Part shown: positions 20,681-28,362 of the stretch, one piece after another
How positions within the stretch are numbered: the first letter of the stretch is position 1
Layout of the letters: every line of letters begins with the position of its first letter
Assembly: GCF_000317515.1 (NCBI RefSeq)
Contig: NC_019738.1
Span: 1,937,623-2,001,622 of the forward strand
From: Allocoleopsis franciscana PCC 7113
GTDB lineage: Bacteria > Cyanobacteriota > Cyanobacteriia > Cyanobacteriales > Coleofasciculaceae
Direction of reading: 5' to 3'
DNA: 64,000 nt
Position numbers and translations under genes: made by a program
Notes under the pieces: generated by a model
Database searches by the model: none
Told to the model about the DNA's origin: nothing
Seen by the model: the letters and a program-made list of their open reading frames with translations, nothing else

Positions 20681-20866
20681 ATCGTCTACCTCATCTGGCA
20701 TTACGTCAAAAACAATTTCATAAGGAACGCTGGGTATCATTTGCTTGAGGATTCGCAGATGCCCCTCCGCATCAACTCGGCGGCGAAAGCGCCCGACGAT
20801 GAGGGTACGCATATCGGGGAAGGGGCGGATGATGCACCAGGGATTGAGGCGTTGTAAGTAGGTCAT
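20678..20866 (-). CDS. Hypothetical small protein (62 aa), overlaps the upstream ORF by 4 nt (ATGA)
   Basis: ORF only. The translationally coupled pair architecture is the sole support. Confidence 0.3.
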   Translation of the reverse strand: MTYLQRLNPWCIIRPFPDMRTLIVGRFRRRVDAEGHLRILKQMIPSVPYEIVFDVMPDEVDD

Positions 20867-21183
20867 GACGATGTCCTAATTGGGTTTGCGGGTTGCTTTT
20901 TTAGGGCGCTTTGAATGATGGTTTCAAGGGTTTGGCGTCTGATGTCGTTGTCTTGCGGGTGAAGTACCCAGGCGCTGATTGGGGCGGGTTGATAAGTCAG
21001 CGTGTAGAACCCCCCTGTTTCCCCCCTTGTTAAGGGGGGACCAAGGGTGATGATGATTTTCCAGACGGGTTGTTTGGGTTGTTTACGAAGTCGGTAGCCG
21101 CGTTGATGCAGTGCTGCTTTTATGGCAGCAATATCTGTGGCGACTCGGAGTGCTTCCGTCGCTTTTGATTTTTTCATTGGTAA
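20863..21183 (-). CDS. Hypothetical protein (probable start MKKSKATEAL); contains a copy of the C6/G6 palindromic repeat in-frame
   Basis: ORF only. No recognisable domain. The PPLTRGETGG segment is encoded by the repeat at 21021-21039. Confidence 0.3.
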   Translation of the reverse strand, partial: LPMKKSKATEALRVATDIAAIKAALHQRGYRLRKQPKQPVWKIIITLGPPLTRGETGGFYTLTYQPAPISAWVLHPQDNDIRRQTLETIIQSALKKQPANPIRTSS

Positions 21184-21265
21184 TCTATTAGTAGACACGA
21201 CAGCGATTGCCCAGCAAGCGCTTGGCGCTCTAGGCAATTGCTTTTTTTGTTGTGGTTCAAAAAAG

Positions 21266-21320
21266 ATGTTCTGAAGACAGAACATTTCTATCTTACCTCA
21301 ATGTTCTGAAGATAGAACAT
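21266..21320. promoter_or_regulatory. Twin 20-bp palindromic operator-like sites (ATGTTCTGAAGACAGAACAT at 21266-21285; ATGTTCTGAAGATAGAACAT at 21301-21320) in a divergent promoter region
   Basis: Perfect 8-bp arms AGAACAT/ATGTTCT. The two copies are 15 bp apart and sit 39-93 bp upstream of the XRE-HTH gene start. Confidence 0.6.
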
Positions 21321-21358
21321 TTATTCGGTTATAAGCCTCTGACAAAGTTTCACAAGGC

Positions 21359-21598
21359 ATGGGAAGAGCAGGCAAAGCCCTTAAGCAAGTATTGGAAAAC
21401 TACGACATTACTCAGAATCGATTAGCTGTGGAGATGGGGATTAGTCGCTCTAGCGTTCACCGTTGGGTTTATGAAATTGGCGATCCTGTGGCTGATGCAG
21501 TGATTGATATTCGAGATGCGCTTCACAAGATTAATTCAGAGGCGGCTGAGGAGTTTATCAGGCTTTACCTTGGTGTTGTAGGTGAGGAGAAGGAGTAG
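21359..21598 (+). CDS. XRE/Cro-like helix-turn-helix transcriptional regulator
   Basis: ITQNRLAVEMGISRSSVHRWV is an HTH_3-like motif. 79 aa. Confidence 0.65.
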   Translation: MGRAGKALKQVLENYDITQNRLAVEMGISRSSVHRWVYEIGDPVADAVIDIRDALHKINSEAAEEFIRLYLGVVGEEKE

Positions 21599-21722
21599 GG
21601 ATAGGGGAAGAAAGTGCGATCGCATTTCTCTTCTCTCTTGCTCCCCCCTTACCAAGGGGGGCTGGGGGGGTAAGAGGAGAAACACTTATAACGACTGACA
21701 TCTATAAAACCCAACTATAGCT

Positions 21723-22088
21723 ATGACCAAACTTTATAACAGAGCATCCGAAAAAGCGAAACGACAACAGCTTCGGCAGAATATGACAAAAGCTGAATTT
21801 ATGATTTGGCAAAAACTCAAAGGTAAGCAGATTGAAGGCTGTAAGTTTCGCAGCCAATATGGTGTCGGTCAGTTCGTTATTGATTTTTATTGCCCTGAAC
21901 TTAAACTAGCGATAGAAATTGATGGAGACAGCCATTTTCAAGATGGCGCACAAGAATATGATCGGGAAAGACAGGCTTTTATTGAATCTGTTGGGATTAG
22001 GTTTTTAAGGTTTACGAATAATGAGGTGTACGATAATTTGGAAGGGGTTTTGGAGAGGATTACTCAGGAAATTTGGGAATTATGGTGA
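21723..22088 (+). CDS. DUF559 endonuclease-domain protein (Vsr/restriction-endonuclease-like fold)
   Basis: FRSQYGVGQFVIDFYCPELKLAIEIDGDSHF...DRERQAFIESVGIRFLRFTNNEV matches DUF559. Confidence 0.7.
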   Translation: MTKLYNRASEKAKRQQLRQNMTKAEFMIWQKLKGKQIEGCKFRSQYGVGQFVIDFYCPELKLAIEIDGDSHFQDGAQEYDRERQAFIESVGIRFLRFTNNEVYDNLEGVLERITQEIWELW

Positions 22089-22234
22089 GGTGATGAGTTA
22101 CGGATCTTACCCCCCCACCCCCCCTTGTTAAGGGGGGAGTAATATCAATTTACTCGCCGACTGAAAACAGATACTTTTTCTGTTCCCCCCTTGATAAGCC
22201 GGAGCTTTAGTGAGGAGTTTAGGTGTTAGCTCTA

Positions 22235-22918
22235 TTACTGGCTAAGTAATTCAATTAAGTCGTTCTTCCTCTTCTTGCTGTAGCCAGCTATCCCACGCTT
22301 TTTAGCCATATCTCTCAGCTCTCCAGCAGTTAGGGTGTTTAAGCTAGTAGACTCTTTGATAACTTCAGGCATGGGTTGAGGGGTTAAGTAGAAGACTTCC
22401 TTTAAAGCATTTAGCTTCTTACCTTTGGTAATACCACACTTGAGTGTTGTAATTGGGTCTAGTGTTTTCCAGTACTGACGAGGAGCTTCATCAATGCGAT
22501 CGGTAGCAATCAAAAGCTTAACTCCCTTAAGTTCAGCACCAGGTTTTTCAATTAAATATTGGAGTGCAGCTTTAATGTCATCTCTCGTGGCTGTAGAAAG
22601 GTTGATTTTTGGTGTTACTTCGCCTGATAGAACTTTAGTCAGTTCTACAGTTTCGTTACTAGAATCAGCAATAATGCACCAGACTTTCTCTAAACCCGCT
22701 TCTTCAGCAACAGCATAGATAAATGAGTTGCCAATGACTTCATATTGGTCTTCGCCAATTTCTTTGACAATTACAGGAACCCAATTACGACCGCCTAACT
22801 TGTTGAGAGTTTTTGCTGTAGCGGTAATCAAAAATTCAGGAGCATCTGTCCCTTCACCAGGTTGAATTTCATCCATGTACAGATGCATTAAGTTACCAAT
22901 ATCACTTAAGTTGCTCAT
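22235..22918 (-). CDS. ParB-like N-terminal-domain protein with C-terminal Rho_N/SAP-like motif
   Basis: NWVPVIVKEIGEDQYEVIGNSFIYAVAEEAGL resembles the ParB/Srx fold but lacks the canonical GERRxRA arginines. The C-terminus LTAGELRDMAKKRGIAGYSKKRKNDLIELL is Rho_N-like. Its start overlaps the parA stop (ATGA). Confidence 0.55.
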   Translation of the reverse strand: MSNLSDIGNLMHLYMDEIQPGEGTDAPEFLITATAKTLNKLGGRNWVPVIVKEIGEDQYEVIGNSFIYAVAEEAGLEKVWCIIADSSNETVELTKVLSGEVTPKINLSTATRDDIKAALQYLIEKPGAELKGVKLLIATDRIDEAPRQYWKTLDPITTLKCGITKGKKLNALKEVFYLTPQPMPEVIKESTSLNTLTAGELRDMAKKRGIAGYSKKRKNDLIELLSQ

Positions 22919-23771
22919 TGCAGAAAATACTCCTTCGCTAACTCTAGATAATACTGACGAGCTGTTTTGTCTTTGTAAGCAGCAGGCATACGAGAAAAAG
23001 CCGCACTAGCTATATGAGCATAACTAGGTAGTTCAAAGATATGACGATCTTTTTTAGCTGGAGTGTAGCGAGGATAGAAATAGGGAAGCATGTCAAACTT
23101 TTTTTGTTTATCTTTCTTAGCCTCTTCAATGAGGTTATCTATCGCATGATAAGCAGTAATTTTTTGGGGTTCTGGAATCTTCTCGCCATTGAAGAAAATT
23201 GGTAGTGCAATAGGTCCACCATCTTTTCTTACTTGTTGAACTTCAGGGATAAATCGTTTGATAGCTATGGCTGCATTCTCTAGGGAAAAGATGTTGTTGT
23301 GCTTAGTTGGAATTAGCACAACATCTGAGGCATATATAGCACTTGCACTCAAGAATCGCCAGTTAGGAGGTGAATCAATCAAAATGTAATCATATTCAGA
23401 CTTTAAACTATCTAATATTTGACGAAGCCTGAATATTTTAAATCTTTGGCGTAACTGGTCTTCACTCAGACTAGCTAACAATTCATCAGCAGGAATAATA
23501 TCAAACTGAAATGATTGACCATTTCTTGCATTCTTTGTGACGAATGGCTGTATTACATCACCAGGTTTGACACTGTTTTTTTTATCTTCCAAGTAAGAAG
23601 AGAAGGTTTCCTTACCTTGTTTTATAGATAATGAATTAGTAAGGTCTTGCTGGTTAGGGTCGAAGTCAACAATGAGAGCTTTTTTCCCTTTAATGTGAGA
23701 ACAGCAGCTAAATTAACAGTAGTCGTCGTTTTGCCTACCCCGCCTTTATTGTTGTATATTGCTACTGTCAA
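22915..23771 (-). pseudogene. parA: ParA/MinD-family partition ATPase, reading frame broken by a 1-nt deficit in an A6 tract at about 23690-23700
   Basis: The Walker A box KGGVGKTT lies in the upstream ORF (23622-23936). The remainder (ALIVDFDPNQ-like continuation, YDYILIDSPPN) lies in ORF 22915-23592, which is in the +1 frame. One extra A in GGGAAAAAAGCT would fuse them. The TTG start near 23771 is inferred. Confidence 0.65.
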
Positions 23772-24052
23772 TGCTCTTGGCGTATTTTCGATTTTCTGTT
23801 TTATAGCTGTTACAATCTCAATGAGATTATCTGGCGTAATATCAAGACAGGATGTTGCTGGGTAAATAACCCTCCCATGCTTTCTGAATAATTGTATGTG
23901 GACTGAATTAGTAATAATACCCCGGGAGCATCCCAATTTTGCAAGAAGGCAAGAGAACGGGAAGTTTATTCGCGATTTTTACTCGCGAATAAAGGCCGAC
24001 TAGGCGGATGTTGCCCTAACTGCGACAATTTAATTAGTTAGGGAGCCTCTTT

Positions 24053-24268
24053 ATGACAATGACACCAGAAGACAAAAAACTTTTAGCCGACCATATCAAG
24101 GCGATAGCTAAAATTCTCTATAAAAATACTCCACAAGAGAAAATTGAGACGTTAGAGGGTATTGAAACAGCGGTGCGCGACCAAGTGCTAGAACATGTCA
24201 GCCCCCAAATAACCTTTTTTTTATCGGAGAAAAGACGGGAACAGAATCGGGACGCATCCGAACGATAA
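24053..24268 (+). CDS. IS orfA (71 aa, small N-terminal transposase component), copy A
   Basis: Identical to 44562-44777. Ends just after the U UUU UUA slippery site. Confidence 0.6.
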   Translation: MTMTPEDKKLLADHIKAIAKILYKNTPQEKIETLEGIETAVRDQVLEHVSPQITFFLSEKRREQNRDASER

Positions 24269-24289
24269 GAAGTTGTGTGGGTCGGATAA

Positions 24290-25132
24290 AAATCACTCAA
24301 AAACAAGCGTCACGTTTAGGAATTGAGCCGTATCGACGGTTAAGTCCTCTTCTGGAAAAAATGCTGTTTATTACTTGCAGCAAATGAATCATTTCAAGAT
24401 GCAGAGAATGACCTGAAAGTCTTGACCGGGGTAGAAGTAGGTCACAGCACTCATCATCGCCAAGCCCAGAAAGTAGAGCTATCGCCACCTAATATTAAAC
24501 AAAAACTGACAGAAGTTTGTCTCGATGGTGGGAAAGTGCGTTTACGCTCACAGGAAAAAGGTAAACCCGCCTACTGGAAGGAGTATAAAACCGGACGACT
24601 ACAAGGAATATATTACGGAGCCTTCTTTCAAGATAATTTTTCTCTAATTAATTGGGTGAACAGCCAAAACCTGGCTCGAACCATTTATTGCTTGGGTGAT
24701 GGACACGATGGGGTGTGGAACCTATTTGCACAAATAGCCGACGACCAGACCCGACAAGAAATTCTTGACTGGTATCATTTGAAAGAGAACCTCTATAAAA
24801 TTCAGGCATCGAAAAAGTTTTTAGAACAAATCGAAGCAGATTTGTGGCAAGGAGTGGTCGAAGAAGCGATTAGTAAACTCCGGAAAACTAACTATGTCGG
24901 GGCTACTAACTTTATAAGTTATCTACGTAAACATAGGCATCGCTTAGTCAATTATATGTACTTTCAAGCCGAACAATTAAGTTCGATTGCTTCGGGAGCT
25001 GTAGAGTCTGCGGTCAAACAGATAGACAAGCGGCTACAAATAGTCGGCGCTCAATGGAAGTCCCAAAATTTACCGCAAATGCTGCAACTGCGGTGCGCTT
25101 ATCTGAATCGACAGCTTGCTCCAAGCGCTTAA
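24290..25132 (+). pseudogene. IS orfB (catalytic transposase part), copy A; frame disturbed by an extra A (A6 vs A5) at about 24355-24360 relative to copy B
   Basis: The ORF track shows only the 236-aa tail (24422-25132). The comparison is with the intact 284-aa orfB of copy B. Confidence 0.55.
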
Positions 25133-25211
25133 AAAACCCAAAAACAGTATGAAAAGAAGCACGCTGCTTTTTTTCGCGAGTTACAATCGCGAATAATTAG
25201 GATTTATCTTT

Positions 25212-25622
25212 ATGCCTCGAAAGACTTCCAAGGATATTGAGCGAGATAAACTCGCTCGATTTGAGCGTATTAAAAAGGCGATAGCAGCGTTAGAAAAACA
25301 ACAAAGACAAATATTAAAACAGGGTGAGCTGGCTCCATCCGGGGCTTGGGTAGCGCGTTATCAAGTTCGGCAAAATAATAAGAAATATTGGTACTACAAA
25401 TTACAAGTGCCGACTCCATACTTCCCATGCGCGACCTCCGAAGAGTTGAGTAAATACAAGCATCTGGGGAAAGCTGGTACTACTGACCATATAGATGCTG
25501 TCATGTCTGTTTTTAGGCGTTCTGTTATCGATGAGATACAGAAGCTCATCCGTTCCCTAGATGATTGCTTGCTGGATATTACTTCTGGAGCCGAGCAGGA
25601 GGAAGAAAAACCGCAGGATTGA
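25212..25622 (+). CDS. IS-borne passenger ORF3 (136 aa), unknown function, copy A
   Basis: Identical to 45720-46130. No recognisable domain; charged and Lys-rich. Confidence 0.45.
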   Translation: MPRKTSKDIERDKLARFERIKKAIAALEKQQRQILKQGELAPSGAWVARYQVRQNNKKYWYYKLQVPTPYFPCATSEELSKYKHLGKAGTTDHIDAVMSVFRRSVIDEIQKLIRSLDDCLLDITSGAEQEEEKPQD

Positions 25623-25697
25623 ATCTCCCGAAGTATTCGCGATTATTACTCGCGAATAATGGCTGTCCCTTTATTTTTGCACAATTGGGATGCTCCC

Positions 25698-26049
25698 TAA
25701 TACCCCACTGTACCGTTTTACAATTACTATCTAACAAGTAGCCCTTAAGTTGCTTAAACGTAGATTGATATTGGGTAGATCCATCGCTCAGGTTAATGTG
25801 CCTACCCTTTAATTCAAGCAGAATATAAGGATTAGATTGAGTAGCTAGGAAAATATCTCCATTGGTATTATGACGAAGAGCATAATCAACCTTATCTGGA
25901 CGGATTCCAGTTGTATAGTGGGGAACACGTTCCATTAGTCCAAAACCCAGTGCTTGCAAAAATTCTGGTACAAAAATTCGATCGACTATGGATTCTTGTG
26001 CATCGTCAGGAAGGTTTAGCAGCGCTTGCTTAAGTGCTTGGTCATTCAT
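25698..26049 (-). pseudogene. HsdR_N-like PD-(D/E)xK nuclease-fold small protein, 3' end replaced by IS copy A
   Basis: GIRPDKVDYALRHNTNGDIFLATQSNPYILLELKG has a D...ELK motif, as in the type I restriction enzyme R N-terminal domain. The last ~40 codons of ORF 25579-26049 read into the IS terminal repeat. Confidence 0.5.
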
Positions 26050-26230
26050 GATTTAATGAAACTGATTAACGGATAAGCCCTGCGAAGGCTGATTTTTCCA
26101 CACTGAATAAAAGAGCATCGCTCTTTTTTGAGCCTAATTCAAGAAGCGCTGCCTCGCATTAGTATATTTACGGAATTTTGGTAAGCGAGACGCCTGGATT
26201 TGAGCTGATTCTGCTTTTTCAGAAGTCAAG

Positions 26231-27787
26231 TCACTTGTTGCTTAGACTTCCCAATAATTCAGATGTTTGTTGAGGGGTAACCAAGGTATTGGCACAGAGG
26301 ATGCCGGATGCTGCAACCGCAGGAACTCCAATCCCCGGCATGGTGCTATCACCGACACGATATAAACCAGCAATAGGGGTTTGGCAACTGGGAAACATGC
26401 CTTTACCAGCCGCGATCGCAGGGCCATAGGTTCCTTGATAACGGCGCAAGTAGTGGGCGTGAGTTAGGGGGGTGCCAATCAGTTCTAAGACGATGCGTTG
26501 TCGGATATCGGGAATAATGCGTTCCAAGGCACGAAATAAGGGTTGCGATCGCGCTTTCTTCCTTTCCTCATACCCCTCATCCCGTTGCCATCCTTCGTAA
26601 GGTTCTAAAGTATAGGCATGAACCGTATGATGCCCCTCTGGGGCGAGATTGGCATCCCACACGGAGGGGATGGAAATCATACAGGTATTTCCCGCTTCTG
26701 TAATATCCTTGTTGCGATCGTGAACAACGACATGATGTCCCGTTAGCCCCTCTAATCCCTCTGCCCGGATACCCAGGTGTAAGTGCATGAAACTATCAAC
26801 CGCAGGTGTCTCTAAAGCTAACTGTTGGTAAGACTGGGGCAAATCGTCCGGACGCAGTAGGGGCAAACGACCGTTTACTCCTACAAAAGTATCCCAAATC
26901 GTGGCATTGGAGATGACCACAGGGGCTTTGAGGATTTCTCCTTGGCGTAACCGTACTCCAACGACTTTATCGGCTTCTACCAGAATTTGCTCGACGTGAG
27001 CATTCAGTCGCAACTCGCCTCCCCAGCGTGTTAAGCCGCGTACCAAAGCGTCAACAATTGCCCCACTGCCCCCAACGGGATACTCCACGCCTGCGCGGGT
27101 GCGTTCGCCTAACATAAATGCTACTTCAGGTGCGATCGTGCCGTGTGCCTTTAGTCCAGATAGGAGAAAGCACTCTAAATCAATCAATCGCCGCACCCAA
27201 GGGTCACAAACCTCTTTGTCCATCACATCCCCGACGGAACCCTGGATGATACCCAGTTGGGGTAGCATTTTGAACAGGGAGGGCAAATAGCGTCCTAATA
27301 AGACAGGAATGAGCTGCCAATCGGCTCTCAGGGCAAGGGTTGGGATATCCCGTAAGCAGTCATAGAGAAGCAACAAACGTTTTTCAAATCCTTGGAGTTC
27401 CCTAGCTCCTTGGGGTGTAATCTGAGCAACAGCCTCTCGATAGCGAGTAGCATTGCTGTAAACTGGAAACGTTTCTTCCGGAAAATGGTAATATCCCAAG
27501 GGGTCGTAGGAAACGACTTGCAACGATTCTCCGAGAACGTCCAATACTTGCCGCAAAGGGTTGAGGCTGGGACGTTGGTCACTTAGCCCGCAGTAAAACG
27601 AAGGACCCGAATCAAACTCAAACCCCCGCCGTTTAAAACTATGAGCGGCACCTCCAGCGATCGCATGGCTCTCGCACACCAGCACTCGCTTACCGTACCG
27701 CGCCAGTAGAGAGGCACATGTTAAGCCGCCAATCCCACTACCAATAACAATTACATCAAGGCTCAATGCTGCTTCTCCGATTTCCAT
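26231..27787 (-). CDS. FAD-dependent oxidoreductase of the phytoene-desaturase/carotenoid-isomerase (CrtI/CrtH-like) superfamily
   Basis: N-terminal dinucleotide-binding fold VIVIGSGIGGLTCASLLARYGKRVLVCE. 518 aa. C-terminal GDSTMPGIGVPAVAASG. Confidence 0.65.
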   Translation of the reverse strand: MEIGEAALSLDVIVIGSGIGGLTCASLLARYGKRVLVCESHAIAGGAAHSFKRRGFEFDSGPSFYCGLSDQRPSLNPLRQVLDVLGESLQVVSYDPLGYYHFPEETFPVYSNATRYREAVAQITPQGARELQGFEKRLLLLYDCLRDIPTLALRADWQLIPVLLGRYLPSLFKMLPQLGIIQGSVGDVMDKEVCDPWVRRLIDLECFLLSGLKAHGTIAPEVAFMLGERTRAGVEYPVGGSGAIVDALVRGLTRWGGELRLNAHVEQILVEADKVVGVRLRQGEILKAPVVISNATIWDTFVGVNGRLPLLRPDDLPQSYQQLALETPAVDSFMHLHLGIRAEGLEGLTGHHVVVHDRNKDITEAGNTCMISIPSVWDANLAPEGHHTVHAYTLEPYEGWQRDEGYEERKKARSQPLFRALERIIPDIRQRIVLELIGTPLTHAHYLRRYQGTYGPAIAAGKGMFPSCQTPIAGLYRVGDSTMPGIGVPAVAASGILCANTLVTPQQTSELLGSLSNK

Positions 27788-28362
27788 ACCTTAGTTTACC
27801 CTTGGAGAAGGCTTTACCAAGCGCTAGAGAACTTGAGTGGTTAATGTGTTCAATAATTACAATTTTAGCTGAAAAAGTGGCAAAATTAGGAGGAGATTAA
27901 TCTGTAAATATTTCAACAAATATTACTGAGTCTTGACAACTATTTAGCGACAATTTTAGAGTTTATTTATTCAGAGGTAAAACAAGTCAGGAAAGGCAGA
28001 ATGTCTGATGCAAGTTAGCTCTAATTGAAAGTGTAGGTAAGGCTAAAAGACTAGATATAGGCTCAGGATTAAATTACTGGCTGATTTGTGTATCTAATGT
28101 AAAAACTCCTAGGGTTATTAATGGAAAATCAATCAAATCTCTGAACCTTTGATACAAAAAATCAAGTGCCATCCCCAAGAATGGCAAACCCTATAGTTTT
28201 GGGTCATTACATTAGCTAACCTCTAACAACACAGGAGTGTTAGCGACCTCGATAGATGAGTGTCGTTTAACATCCGGTGAAAAGGGTCGTGTCTTCAAAT
28301 TGAGGAGAAGTCAACCGTATCTTTTGATTCAAGCTCAACGTTTCAATTGGGCTTAATTTTTC

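Larger units (their letters stand above)
23924..25697 (+). mobile_element. IS element copy A (1774 bp) with 22-bp terminal inverted repeats GGGAGCATCCCAATT(T/G)TGCAA, subterminal hairpins, and a 9-bp direct duplication TAATACCCC
   Basis: About 99.9% identical to a second copy at 44433-46205. The TAATACCCC duplication is at 23915-23923 and 25698-25706. Three ORFs: orfA, orfB and a passenger orf3. Confidence 0.85.
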
